From: Candidatus Woesearchaeota archaeon
Lineage (GTDB): Archaea > Nanobdellota > Nanobdellia > Pacearchaeales > GW2011-AR1
Assembly: GCA_964514585.1 (NCBI GenBank)
Contig: CAZETU010000004.1
Coordinates: 10,031-74,030 of the forward strand
Direction: 5' to 3'
DNA length: 64,000 nucleotides
Shown here piece by piece: positions 28,464 through 38,422 of this stretch. Within the stretch, counting starts at the first letter, position 1. Each line of letters opens with the position of its first letter. Made by a program: the position numbers and the translations under genes. The notes under the pieces are model-generated. The model made no database searches, was not told the origin of the DNA, and worked only from the letters and a program-made list of their open reading frames with translations.

Positions 28464-29060
28464 TTAACGAGCAGCATCAGCCTGCTTCTCCGCATCATTC
28501 TTCTTAGAAACAGCATAGCTCTCAGAACTACCTTCAGCCGCCAACATTATCTCCTTTGCCAAAGCCTCAACAATCGTAGCCTTCTTATTAAAAGCCTTAT
28601 CATAAGAACCATTAATAATATACCGAAGAACCAAATTCAATCTTCTCCGTGGAGAAACATCAACTGCCTGCGGATATCTAGCTCCACCATACTCAATAGA
28701 AGTAACCTCATCCCGCGGTGCCCCATTTTCAACAGCCTTAACAAAAACCTTCAAAGGATTCTCACCAGTCTTCTCCTCGATAATCTTAAACGCATCAATC
28801 ACAATACCAGTACACCGAGTATGCTTCCCCGTAATCCACCCAGTAATAATCCTATGCTTCTTCCCTCTACTACCAGGAACCTGCAACAAATTTACCAACC
28901 TCTCAACAACATTAACCTTCGCCCTCGTCGGATCCCACTTAATCCTACCATGAGACTTCAACATCAACTTCGCATTCAAATTAATAACCTTCTTCAAACC
29001 AGGATCCTCAACCCTAACCTCAGAAGCATCAAATAAACCAAAAACCTTCATTTGTACCAT
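28464..29060 (-). CDS. rps7: ribosomal protein uS7
   Basis: Sequence character and conserved operon position after uS12. Confidence 0.9.
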   Translation of the reverse strand: MVQMKVFGLFDASEVRVEDPGLKKVINLNAKLMLKSHGRIKWDPTRAKVNVVERLVNLLQVPGSRGKKHRIITGWITGKHTRCTGIVIDAFKIIEEKTGENPLKVFVKAVENGAPRDEVTSIEYGGARYPQAVDVSPRRRLNLVLRYIINGSYDKAFNKKATIVEALAKEIMLAAEGSSESYAVSKKNDAEKQADAAR

Positions 29061-29062
29061 AA

Positions 29063-29485
29063 TTATCTTCGACCCTTCTCAATCTTACCTGACCAAAGTC
29101 TAGCCAATGGCTGATCGTTCACTTTAATAATTTGAAATCTAACGCCTGACAAATCTCCCTTAGTCCGACCCTGCTTCCCACCAATTCTCTCAATCAAAAC
29201 TTCATCATGCTCATCAACAAACTTCTGCGCCAAATTCCCAGGAATAAAAGCAGTAACTTCCTTACCATTCTTAATCAACTGAACCCTCGCACATTTCCTC
29301 ATAGCCGAGTTCGGCTGCTTAGCTTCCTTCTGAATCTTCTTCGTAACAATTCCTTTAGCCTGCGCCGCTCGCCCAATCGGATCAAACTTCAAACTAATCC
29401 CAAGCCGCTTCTTTTTGTCAGGCAACCTGCTATCTCTAAACTTACTCCGCGCTTTCTTCAATTTTCGTCCATTCATTAATCCCAT
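29063..29485 (-). CDS. rps12: ribosomal protein uS12
   Basis: KQPNSAMRKCARVQLIKNGKEVTAFIPG is the hallmark uS12 segment. Confidence 0.95.
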   Translation of the reverse strand: MGLMNGRKLKKARSKFRDSRLPDKKKRLGISLKFDPIGRAAQAKGIVTKKIQKEAKQPNSAMRKCARVQLIKNGKEVTAFIPGNLAQKFVDEHDEVLIERIGGKQGRTKGDLSGVRFQIIKVNDQPLARLWSGKIEKGRR

Positions 29486-29528
29486 CGTATAAATTAAGTG
29501 AAAAGTTGGTTTAAAAACTTTTACATAT

Positions 29529-29954
29529 CTAAGCTATTCTAAATTTAATAATCCCAAAAAAATTCTTCAAAACTTCAGCTAATTCCTTCTCTCTCTGACG
29601 ACCACGACCAATCAAAGCAGCCTTGCTCTGACGACCAGCAGTAATCGTTAACGAATTTTCCTTTACTTCAACTTTATTAAATTCAACAGGGTCGACAACA
29701 TCCTCGACAAACTTCCCAATACCATCTCTATCTTCACAATCAGGCATAGCGACAACCTTAATCTTCTTCCTCAAAATATCCCTCAGCCTCTTAACATTCA
29801 CAGCATTCTTCCCAATCGCCAAAGAAACCTTAGAACTAGGAACAGCAAAAATAATCTGATTATTATAAACAAAACACTTCGTCGTCGAAACCTTGGAAAC
29901 CTTAGAAAACAAATTAATGTACCTCATCAACTGCATATCAATAGTTCCAGCCAT
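29529..29954 (-). CDS. nusA: archaeal NusA-like KH-domain protein
   Basis: 141 aa, KH-like GKNAVNVKRL and GRGRQREKEL, at the conserved position between rpl30e and rps12. Confidence 0.8.
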   Translation of the reverse strand: MAGTIDMQLMRYINLFSKVSKVSTTKCFVYNNQIIFAVPSSKVSLAIGKNAVNVKRLRDILRKKIKVVAMPDCEDRDGIGKFVEDVVDPVEFNKVEVKENSLTITAGRQSKAALIGRGRQREKELAEVLKNFFGIIKFRIA

Positions 29955-29955
29955 T

Positions 29956-30192
29956 TTATCTCAAAGAGAAAACTTCAGATTCAAAATCGAGATTTAATTC
30001 CTTGGCTAATTCTGCTTTAGGCTTCAAAACAACAAATTCAATTCCAGCAGATTCCAACTTTTCAACAGTCTCATCTCGAGTATCTTTAGCAATAAAAACG
30101 CCTTTCAATCCCTTCGGATTTTTCAAAGCTTGACGAACACCAAAACAAACATTCTTTTTTTCCATTCCTTCCCGAATTTCTTTTACGCTCAT
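29956..30192 (-). CDS. rpl30e: ribosomal protein eL30 (short form)
   Basis: L7Ae/L30e-like sequence at the conserved position directly after rpoA. At 78 aa it is shorter than usual. Confidence 0.65.
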   Translation of the reverse strand: MSVKEIREGMEKKNVCFGVRQALKNPKGLKGVFIAKDTRDETVEKLESAGIEFVVLKPKAELAKELNLDFESEVFSLR

Positions 30193-33100
30193 ACTTTCTT
30201 CTCCTTTGTCTTCTCTTCTTTCTTAAGTTTCGATTGGACAGCCAATGGGCCAGTAACTTTAACCAACAACCCAGGAAGACCCGTACCAACAGGAACCGGC
30301 TGATTCAAAATAACATTCTCAATCACCGACGCCAACTTATCCTTTCTACCAGTCTTAGTAGCCTGAACAAACTGCTTATCTGGAGTCTCAAACGCAGCCC
30401 TTGCCAAAATCGAACTCTTGTCCCCAATAATACCCATTCGAGTAATACCCTTAACAGCACCAGAACCAGTCATAGTATCCGCGACAAGCATAGCGTGCTT
30501 GCCATCAATCGCAAGACCCTGAGAAACAATTACACCATTAATTTCATTAATAACTAATTGTCGAGCAGCCTCAATTCCCAAAACATCCGAAACCTCATAA
30601 ATATCATTCGTAATAATCCTATCAGCATCGATACCCTTAAACTTCAGCAAATCCTTTAAATTTGAACCAGCCGTCAAAATCACATAATCCCTATCCCTCT
30701 TAACAACCAAAACCTGCGAAATCTTCTTAACACCAGTCAAAATAACTTCCTTAATTTTCTCCTTAGTTTTATAAATCATCTTAAAATCTTCCTTAGACAT
30801 ATCAAGAGTAATTCCGTCAGACAACTTCTTAGCATCGAAACCCTTATCATTCAAAACCTCAACAGCCTTATCTAAAGTTATGTGAGCCAATTTCAAAGAT
30901 GCATTATCAACACCAATCTTAATCTTCTTAGAGCCAAAATCAATCCCAATCTCAGAAACAATTTCCTTCAACTTAACTTCCTTAATCTTCTCAGCAACAA
31001 CCCTAGCATCCTTCTCATTATTATGATCCTTATCCAAATAAATAACCATAGCTGGTGTCTTAGGTAACTTACGAGCATCCAAAATTTCAATTATTCTCGG
31101 CAACCCCTGAGTAACCTGCATCTCTGCAACACCAGCAGCGTGAAACGTATTCAAAACCATCTGAGTCGAAGCTTCACCAAAACTCTGAGCAGTCACAACA
31201 CCAATAGCTTCACCAGACGCAACCGGCATATTCTTATGTTTAGCAGAAACATCAATCCCATCAAGACCATACTTAAACTGAACAATATTATTAGAAGCAT
31301 CCCTCACAGTACCGTCGTAAGCCATAACCAAATCCTGCAAAGAATTTGCCAACCTTCTATACAAATAACCAGACTTCGGCGTCCTAAGAGCTACATCCAT
31401 CAGACCATCTCGACCAGTCATAGAACCAAAGAAAAATTCCTGAGCAGTCAAACCTTTCATCAAAGAACTATAAATAAACCCTCTAGCCTTCGGCGACAAA
31501 TCTCCCTTCTTGAAAAACGGCAATGTCCTATCGGTATACCCAAAATCAATTCTACGCCCATTCAATACTTGCTGCCCAACCGAACAGGCAATCTGAGTAA
31601 TATTAAGCATACTACCCTTCGCCCCCGAACCAATCATCTTACTAGTCAAATTATCCTTAGGAAAACCTTCCTTAACAGCGTCACCAATCTCAGTTCGAGT
31701 CTCATTCAAAACCTGCAAAACCTTATTTTCCCTCGTCTCCTCAGAACTCTTACCCGGCAAGCATTCAATACTGCCATCGTAATAACTATCAATAATTTTC
31801 TGAGACTTAGCCTCAGCAACTTCAATAATCTTAGCCGTCTTATTCTTAACTTCCTTAGGAACGTCTAAATCAGTCATAGAAAGTGTAAACCCCGTCCTCG
31901 ATAAAAAAGTCGTACCAATGGCAAAAACTCTTCTCAAAAGTTCAGTAACCTCACTTCGACTCATCTTAGTATCAGCGATCCTTAAAGCGTCGCCACTACC
32001 TTCCTTAAATCCTTTAAAATCGACATTATCTCCAGCCATAACTTTAGGGATAACTTTATCAAAAACATCCTTTCCTGAATTCATTGCCTTAAAATTAGGA
32101 ACCTCAACGCCCGCTTCATACATCAATTGCGAAGCGTCCTCCTTACTAAGTTCAGCCTCATTCAACATAAAATTCCCACTAACAGCATCCGCAACACAGC
32201 CTAAAAAATTCATATTATTCTTTGGCGAAAATAAATTATTATCAACATTCAACAAAACCTCTGCTTCAGCCCTAGCCTCTTCAGTCTGTGGAGCGTGAAT
32301 ATTCATCTCATCCCCATCAAAGTCCGCACCATAGGGACCACAAACAGCAGGATGAATTCTAAAAGTCCTACATGGAAGAACCTTAACAAAATGAGCCATC
32401 AGCGACGCTCTATGCAAAGAAGGATGCCTATTAAACAAAACAATGTCTCCATCAATCAAATGCCTCTCAACAACATAACCAGGCTCAATCTCCTCTTTCA
32501 ATTCTTCCCTCAAATCATTAGTAATTCTTTTCCTCTTCCCATCAGGTCGAATAATATAATTAGCACCAGGATATTCCGCCTTCATAATCAATTCCTTCAA
32601 CTTCTTAATATTAAGCGATGTCACCCTCTCTGCAGCAGTCAAAATCTTTGCAACTTCAAAAGGAACACCAACTTCATTTAGCCTCATATTAGGATCCGGA
32701 GAAATAACAGTACGAGCAGAAAAATTAACTCTCTTCCCAGCCAAATTCTTTCTAATTCGTCCTTCCTTACCTTTAATTCTCTCAGTAATAGTCTTCAATG
32801 GCTGACCACTTCTATGCCTCGCTGGCGGAATCTTTGCAATTGAATTATCAAAGAAGGTCGTAATATGATACTGCAATAAATCCCAAAGATCCTCGATAAT
32901 AACCTCAGGCGCACCAGCATTCAAATTTTCCCAAAGCCTTTGATTAGACCGAATAATATCCGACAACTTATGTGTCAAATCATCTTCACTTCTTTCACCA
33001 GATTCCAAAGTAATAGAAGGTCGAACCGTTACAGACGGAACAAGCAACAAAGTCAAAATCGCCCATTCAGGCCTCAAAGTCTCAGCATTAATTCCCAAAA

Positions 33101-33629
33101 TCTTCAAATCGTCGTCGCTAACCTTAACCAATCTCTCCCTAATCTCAGAAGGGAAAAGTCTCCGCCTACCTGATCTAAAGGTAGTAGGTTTCTCCAACTT
33201 AACTTTCTCCTGAATAATACTACAATGAGGACATTTCTTTCCATCCTTAGCCTTCTTAATTCTATCAATCAAATTCTTACTCAAATCCTTCTCTTCTTTA
33301 ATTAAAACCTTACCACAAGCCTCACAAGTTGACCTCAAAACCAAATCAATAATTGGCAGATACTTAATATGAACAAGAGGTCGAGCTAATTCAATAACAC
33401 CAGGATGACCAAGACATTCCTTCAATCGACCACCACAAGTTCTACACCGAACACCAGGGTCAATCGCACCAAGCCTCAAATCCATCAAACCACCATCAAC
33501 CGGATAACCATCAACGTCATAAAGCTCCGGCGTCACAATCTTCGCAACACTCAACTTCTTAATCTGCTCAGGACTAAGTAAGTGAAAAGTCATCGCATCA
33601 ATTTGTTTCTTAATTGGTTTCCTACTCAT
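30189..33629 (-). CDS. rpoA: RNA polymerase subunit A, with A' and A'' parts fused in one 1146-aa ORF
   Basis: A' hallmarks: zinc CRTCGGRLKECLGHPG, active-site YGADFDGDEMN and bridge helix GRDGLMDVALRTPKSGY. These are followed in frame by the A'' trigger-loop region GEAIGVVTAQSFGEASTQMVLNTFHAAGV (junction near 31215-31245). Confidence 0.9.
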   Translation of the reverse strand: MSRKPIKKQIDAMTFHLLSPEQIKKLSVAKIVTPELYDVDGYPVDGGLMDLRLGAIDPGVRCRTCGGRLKECLGHPGVIELARPLVHIKYLPIIDLVLRSTCEACGKVLIKEEKDLSKNLIDRIKKAKDGKKCPHCSIIQEKVKLEKPTTFRSGRRRLFPSEIRERLVKVSDDDLKILGINAETLRPEWAILTLLLVPSVTVRPSITLESGERSEDDLTHKLSDIIRSNQRLWENLNAGAPEVIIEDLWDLLQYHITTFFDNSIAKIPPARHRSGQPLKTITERIKGKEGRIRKNLAGKRVNFSARTVISPDPNMRLNEVGVPFEVAKILTAAERVTSLNIKKLKELIMKAEYPGANYIIRPDGKRKRITNDLREELKEEIEPGYVVERHLIDGDIVLFNRHPSLHRASLMAHFVKVLPCRTFRIHPAVCGPYGADFDGDEMNIHAPQTEEARAEAEVLLNVDNNLFSPKNNMNFLGCVADAVSGNFMLNEAELSKEDASQLMYEAGVEVPNFKAMNSGKDVFDKVIPKVMAGDNVDFKGFKEGSGDALRIADTKMSRSEVTELLRRVFAIGTTFLSRTGFTLSMTDLDVPKEVKNKTAKIIEVAEAKSQKIIDSYYDGSIECLPGKSSEETRENKVLQVLNETRTEIGDAVKEGFPKDNLTSKMIGSGAKGSMLNITQIACSVGQQVLNGRRIDFGYTDRTLPFFKKGDLSPKARGFIYSSLMKGLTAQEFFFGSMTGRDGLMDVALRTPKSGYLYRRLANSLQDLVMAYDGTVRDASNNIVQFKYGLDGIDVSAKHKNMPVASGEAIGVVTAQSFGEASTQMVLNTFHAAGVAEMQVTQGLPRIIEILDARKLPKTPAMVIYLDKDHNNEKDARVVAEKIKEVKLKEIVSEIGIDFGSKKIKIGVDNASLKLAHITLDKAVEVLNDKGFDAKKLSDGITLDMSKEDFKMIYKTKEKIKEVILTGVKKISQVLVVKRDRDYVILTAGSNLKDLLKFKGIDADRIITNDIYEVSDVLGIEAARQLVINEINGVIVSQGLAIDGKHAMLVADTMTGSGAVKGITRMGIIGDKSSILARAAFETPDKQFVQATKTGRKDKLASVIENVILNQPVPVGTGLPGLLVKVTGPLAVQSKLKKEEKTKEKKV

Positions 33630-33630
33630 T

Positions 33631-36600
33631 TTATTCGTACTTGTTCTTTAGCTCGAATTTAGTTAATAAATGCAATCCCTGTAATTCCTCAACCAACAAC
33701 TTGAAAGCATACGAAACCTCAATGGGTTCAATCTGATTTGAATGACAAAGGCTACAAACTTTCTTATTATGAATCTGATCATCGATAACAACACTCCCAC
33801 ACTTCGAACAAATATTCAAAACAACCTTATCAGAATCGTAACGCTCCTTCAAAAGAAGAGACGCCCCATGCCCAACCAAAGCTTCCTGCTCCATTTCTCC
33901 AAGTCTCAAAGCTCCACCCCGACTCCTACCCTCGATAGGCTGCCTAGTCAACAAAGCAATCTTCCCCGAAGCTCGAGCGTGCATCTTATCCGCAACCATA
34001 TACTTCAACTTCAAATAAAACATATTACCAATAAAAATCTTAACAGGCATTCGCTTCCCAGTAATCCCGTTATACATAACTTCCTTACCACTCGCTCTAA
34101 ATCCTAACTTCTTCAAATTATCTTCAAGACTATCAATCGTCTCACCACTAAAACTAGAAGCATCAACAATTCTTCCAGAAAGAGCAGCCAACTTACCAGC
34201 CAAAACATCCATCAAATAACCAACAGTCATACGCGATGGTATACCATGAGGATTAAACATAATGTCCGGTCGTATACCACTAACAGTAAACGGAATATCA
34301 GCCTCCTTAGCAATCATACCAACAATACCTTTCTGTCCATGAGGCACCGAAAACTTATCTCCAACTTCAGGAATTCTCAATTCTCGAGTTCTAACCTGAA
34401 CAATCTTATTACCTTCTTTATCTTGAGTAATAAAAACAGCGTCGACAATACCAGTCTCTTCTTGCTTAATAGCAGAAGAATTCTCCTTCTTTGTCTGAAT
34501 AGAAATTTCCCTAGCCTCACTCAAAAATTTAGGAGGACTAATCTTGCCAATAACAACCTCACCCTCATTCAAAGAAGCCTCAGGATAAACAATACCATCA
34601 TCTTCCAAAAACCTATAGCTCTCTTCCAATCTGTAACCAGAAACATCCTTGTCAGGAATCATAATCTCATCACGAAGACCACCGGCATAGTTCAACTCAA
34701 TAGAAGTATACGGCCTAAATCTAGAGCTTCTACCAAATCCCCTATCAACAGAACCACCATTCAAAACAGTAGCATCTTCCATATTATAACCCTCATAAGG
34801 CATAATCGCCAAAACAACATTCTGCCCAACAGGATGAACATTTAAAGTATCATAAACAAAACTTCTAACTAGGGGCTTCTGCGGATAATGCAAAAGAGAA
34901 ACATCAGTATCAATTCTAACAGGAAAATTACCAGCATAAATTCCAAGGCCCTGTCTATAAGCTCTAGAACCACCCTTAACCATACGCGCAGGAGGATCAT
35001 GATTTCCAAAAGGAATCAAAGAAACCGAAACACCAAAAACATCAATATCATCAATCTCAAGATGAGTATGCTCCTCAGTCAAGCCATCTTCTTTCAAAGA
35101 AAGATAACAATCATCTTCCTCAGCAGCATCAAGATACTCCAAAATTCCCTGCCTAAACAATTCTTCCCAAGACAAATTTCCTTCCTTAACCAATTCCAAA
35201 TGTTCTTCCTTTAATCTAGAAACGCCATTCTCAACGATAATCAAAGGTCGAATAACTCTACCAACTTCAGAACTTATAAAAACAGTATTCAAAAACTTAT
35301 CAAACCGAACAGACATTTCAACCGGTAACCTATTTTCTCTCCTAGCTTCTCTAACCAACTTCGTAAAATCTTCAGCCTCATCAATAGAACCAACAAATCG
35401 TCCATTATAAAAAACATCAACATTCCCTTCGTCACTAATCATTCCAGATTCCTTCAAAACCTTCAAAACATCATCATGCTCCATCGTCGTCCTCGTAGTA
35501 ATTCTAGCAAGCAATGCCAAATTTTTCCTAAGACCAATCTCAGTTCCTTCTGGAGTTTCAATCGGACAGAATCGACCATAATGAGTTGGATGAACAGTCC
35601 TAGCAGCCAAATTTTCCTGCTCACCAGGCAAAGTCGAAGTCACTCTCTGTAATTGAGACATAATCGCAAAAGAATTATTCTTATCCATATTCTGAGTCAC
35701 ACCATTTCTCTCACCAATCCACGAACCGGTCGCAATCGCCGATTCAACCCTGTGAGTAAACAAAGTCGACTTAGCAATAGTCTTAATAGAATAAAACTTA
35801 CGTCTCTTCACAGTCTTCTGCAAAGTATGCTGAACCTCTCTAAGCAAAATATTAATATTAACCCTAAACAAATCAGACAACAAATCCCCACTCAATCTAA
35901 CTCTCTTATTAGCATAATGGTCCTTATCAGTAAAAGCATCACCAGGATTTTCCCTCGCAATATAAAACTGCTTAATAAATTTACAAAGCGTCTTAGCTTT
36001 CTCAAGACGAGCCGCCTTGTCTAAACCAATATGAGGTAAAAAGTAAGAATCCATTCTCTGCTTAACCCTATCAAGCATCTCCTTGTTCGTACCCTGCAAA
36101 GAACTCTTCTCCGCAATCCACATCAAAGCATCATTCACATTAGCAATTTCAGCATATTCATAAAGATTAACGGCCAAACTATCCGTCTGCTTCCCAATCA
36201 ACTGCGCAATCTCAGCGTCACTAGTCAAGCCCAAAGCCTTCAAAAGAACAATAGCCGGAATATCTCTAAACCTCGAAAACGAAGCCTCCAAAATTCCCTC
36301 AGGACTCTCAACTAAATTAACTGGAATCTTATAAGCCCCTCGCTGCGAGAACAGCCTCAAAACCAATCTATTCTTAGTCTTCTGCCACTCAACAAAAGTT
36401 TGATTCGAAGCCAAATCCTCAGCCATAACCATAACTCTCTCATTACCATTAATCAAAAAATAGCCACCATGATCTTTAGGATCAATATAATTCTTAATCA
36501 AATCCTCCTCATTCATTCCATCAAGATTACAAGCCCGACTCTTAACCATAATCGGAATCCTACCAAGCTGAACTTCCTCAGTCTCAACCTGACCAGCATA

Positions 36601-36885
36601 ATTAATCGCCATCTCAATCCAAATCGGAGCAGAATAAGTCAAATTTCTCAAACGAGATTCAGCAGGAGTAATCGGCCGACTAGAACCATCACTCTCGATA
36701 ATATTCGGCTTACCAACCCTAACCTTACCAAGTTTAATCTCAAAATCCTCATTAGGCAAACCGTCAGACAACTCCGTCACAATTTCCTGCATCTTATTTT
36801 CAACAAAATCATTAAAAGACTTAATATTAGACTCAACAAGTGAATGGTTCTTCAAAAACTCTTTAACTAAAACATGCTCAGCCAT
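33631..36885 (-). CDS. rpoB: RNA polymerase subunit B (unsplit, 1084 aa)
   Basis: Hallmarks GQKGIVG, PDIMFNPHGIPSRMTVG, GEMEQEAL and a C-terminal Zn motif CSKCGS...CSLC. Confidence 0.95.
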   Translation of the reverse strand: MAEHVLVKEFLKNHSLVESNIKSFNDFVENKMQEIVTELSDGLPNEDFEIKLGKVRVGKPNIIESDGSSRPITPAESRLRNLTYSAPIWIEMAINYAGQVETEEVQLGRIPIMVKSRACNLDGMNEEDLIKNYIDPKDHGGYFLINGNERVMVMAEDLASNQTFVEWQKTKNRLVLRLFSQRGAYKIPVNLVESPEGILEASFSRFRDIPAIVLLKALGLTSDAEIAQLIGKQTDSLAVNLYEYAEIANVNDALMWIAEKSSLQGTNKEMLDRVKQRMDSYFLPHIGLDKAARLEKAKTLCKFIKQFYIARENPGDAFTDKDHYANKRVRLSGDLLSDLFRVNINILLREVQHTLQKTVKRRKFYSIKTIAKSTLFTHRVESAIATGSWIGERNGVTQNMDKNNSFAIMSQLQRVTSTLPGEQENLAARTVHPTHYGRFCPIETPEGTEIGLRKNLALLARITTRTTMEHDDVLKVLKESGMISDEGNVDVFYNGRFVGSIDEAEDFTKLVREARRENRLPVEMSVRFDKFLNTVFISSEVGRVIRPLIIVENGVSRLKEEHLELVKEGNLSWEELFRQGILEYLDAAEEDDCYLSLKEDGLTEEHTHLEIDDIDVFGVSVSLIPFGNHDPPARMVKGGSRAYRQGLGIYAGNFPVRIDTDVSLLHYPQKPLVRSFVYDTLNVHPVGQNVVLAIMPYEGYNMEDATVLNGGSVDRGFGRSSRFRPYTSIELNYAGGLRDEIMIPDKDVSGYRLEESYRFLEDDGIVYPEASLNEGEVVIGKISPPKFLSEAREISIQTKKENSSAIKQEETGIVDAVFITQDKEGNKIVQVRTRELRIPEVGDKFSVPHGQKGIVGMIAKEADIPFTVSGIRPDIMFNPHGIPSRMTVGYLMDVLAGKLAALSGRIVDASSFSGETIDSLEDNLKKLGFRASGKEVMYNGITGKRMPVKIFIGNMFYLKLKYMVADKMHARASGKIALLTRQPIEGRSRGGALRLGEMEQEALVGHGASLLLKERYDSDKVVLNICSKCGSVVIDDQIHNKKVCSLCHSNQIEPIEVSYAFKLLVEELQGLHLLTKFELKNKYE

Positions 36886-36886
36886 C

Positions 36887-37090
36887 TTAAATCACAACCC
36901 TATAATAAACTTCGGCCAAATCACCCTTTCGTTCAATTTTAACAACGTCTCCAGTCTCACAACCTTCAGGAAGAGCAGCGTCCTTCTTAGAAATTTTCGG
37001 CAACTGCGCCAAAGCAATATTAAACTGAAGCAGAACCTTCTCTACCTCATTGGGATTCAGCTTCGTGTGCTTTGGTTGGAGTATATGCAT
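36887..37090 (-). CDS. rpoH: RNA polymerase subunit H (Rpb5-like)
   Basis: HILQPKHTKLNPNEVEKVLLQFNI..LPKI...GDVVKIER..YYRVV, positioned upstream of rpoB. Confidence 0.9.
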   Translation of the reverse strand: MHILQPKHTKLNPNEVEKVLLQFNIALAQLPKISKKDAALPEGCETGDVVKIERKGDLAEVYYRVVI

Positions 37091-37248
37091 CTTACTTTTA
37101 GAATATTACCTTTAGATAAAAAAAAGACCAAAAATGGCTTTAAAAACTTTTGCTTTTTGTTATTATAAAGTAGTTCGAGACAAAATTGCCCTCCCACAAA
37201 GATACATTACAATAATACTTTTAAATCACATTAATATAATTCATTAAA

Positions 37249-38166
37249 ATGATTAACAGACAAAGAACCATCAAAAAACCATTTAAGCTTTCAGGAATAG
37301 AAGCACTTGGTGGAAAATCTGTATATGTTTATTTTGAGAAAGCTCCAGTAGACAATGGAATTAAGTTTATAACTCCCTCTGGATACATTCCTGCATCATT
37401 AGATTGCGTTAAATCGAAAACAGCTTTTTTAGATCTTGCACGAACATTATCCCTAAGCAATGGAAGAAATGATATTCTAGTGCCAGAACATTTACTTGGG
37501 ATCGTCTTTGGAATGGAGCTAGATAATGCAAATATAATCTTAGAAACAGAAGAATCAAGAAGTTATTCTGCTTTAAAAGGAATATTGGGGTCTTCTAATT
37601 CTGATGTTGTACCATATCTCGGAGAAGCTCTATATGATCACTTAGAAAATAATTTAGAAGAACAAGAAACCCCTAGAAAAAATTTATTTCTCGAACACAG
37701 AATAGAAAGTGATAGATTATCCATAGAACCAACAGATAGAAAGGGAATAATTATAGACATAGAAACTGACTATAAATTAAGAAGTGGAGAAAGAGTGATT
37801 CAATCATATAAGGGGGAAATAACACCCGAACTAGTAAAAGAAATTTCATTAGCCAGAGCCTATTGCAGAGTTCCACACTGGTCCCCAAAAACTTTAACAA
37901 AATTTCTGAGTCAGTTCTTCTATCTTTCACAAGGCTTAGGGAATGGGAGCAATAAAGATAATATTTTTTATCCAGAAAAAACCGCCAATGGTTGGCATGC
38001 CCAAGAAAGAGTGGAGGCCGAAATAGTCAAACATTCAATTTTAGACAAACTGGGAGAAATAGCATTACTATCAGGAAGATTATCTAGAGTAAAAATAACA
38101 TCTCGTGGAGCAAGTCATAAACACACAATGGGGTTTCTTCAAAAATATCAAGACAAATTTAGATAA
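37249..38166 (+). CDS. LpxC-like zinc deacetylase homologue
   Basis: By recall of E. coli LpxC: RQRTIKKPFKLSGIEALGGKSVYVYFEKAPVDNGIKF vs [32 protein letters not shown]; PEHLL vs VEHL (E78/H79); VKHSILDKLGE vs VRHKMLDAIGD (H238/D242); GASH vs SGH (H265). Length is 305 aa. Confidence 0.65.
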   Translation: MINRQRTIKKPFKLSGIEALGGKSVYVYFEKAPVDNGIKFITPSGYIPASLDCVKSKTAFLDLARTLSLSNGRNDILVPEHLLGIVFGMELDNANIILETEESRSYSALKGILGSSNSDVVPYLGEALYDHLENNLEEQETPRKNLFLEHRIESDRLSIEPTDRKGIIIDIETDYKLRSGERVIQSYKGEITPELVKEISLARAYCRVPHWSPKTLTKFLSQFFYLSQGLGNGSNKDNIFYPEKTANGWHAQERVEAEIVKHSILDKLGEIALLSGRLSRVKITSRGASHKHTMGFLQKYQDKFR

Positions 38167-38271
38167 AAAATAGTCCGAGGGAATTAAAGAGTCTTTATAA
38201 CTCCTTAGAAATTATTTACAATTTCGGCCGAGCTTCTTTGAAGCGACGGTTGTTCAAAGACCCGAGAAAAA

Positions 38272-38346
38272 TGGCCCCGAGGGGATTTGAACCCCCGACA
38301 CCTGGATTAAAAGTCCAGTGCTCTAACCAGGCTGAGCTACGGAGCC
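38272..38346 (-). tRNA. tRNA-Lys (anticodon UUU)
   Basis: 75 nt. Acceptor ggctccg/cggggcc, anticodon arm ctgga-ctTTTaa-tccag, T arm ggggg-ttcaaat-cccct. Confidence 0.9.
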
Positions 38347-38369
38347 ATTAAATTACTGAGAAAATTTAA

Positions 38370-38378
38370 CTTTAAAAA
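38370..38378 (-). promoter_or_regulatory. TATA-box-like element upstream of tRNA-Lys
   Basis: The minus strand reads TTTTTAAAG, 24-32 nt upstream of the tRNA 5' end. Confidence 0.35.
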
Positions 38379-38422
38379 CTTGTGGGATTAAAGCACTGAC
38401 ACCTCAATCTTAACTTTAAAAA

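Noticed and set aside
30086-30289. 67-aa ORF overlapping the rpl30e / rpoA junction in another frame.
   Set aside because: It overlaps two well-supported genes and has a highly basic low-complexity translation. It is a frame artefact.
38222-38271. Relatively GC-rich segment just downstream of tRNA-Lys with an 8-bp hairpin (TCTTTGAA-10 nt-TTCAAAGA), considered as an ncRNA or tRNA fragment.
   Set aside because: It has no tRNA-like arms or known motif. It is most simply a tRNA trailer or terminator hairpin. I cannot support anything more from sequence alone.
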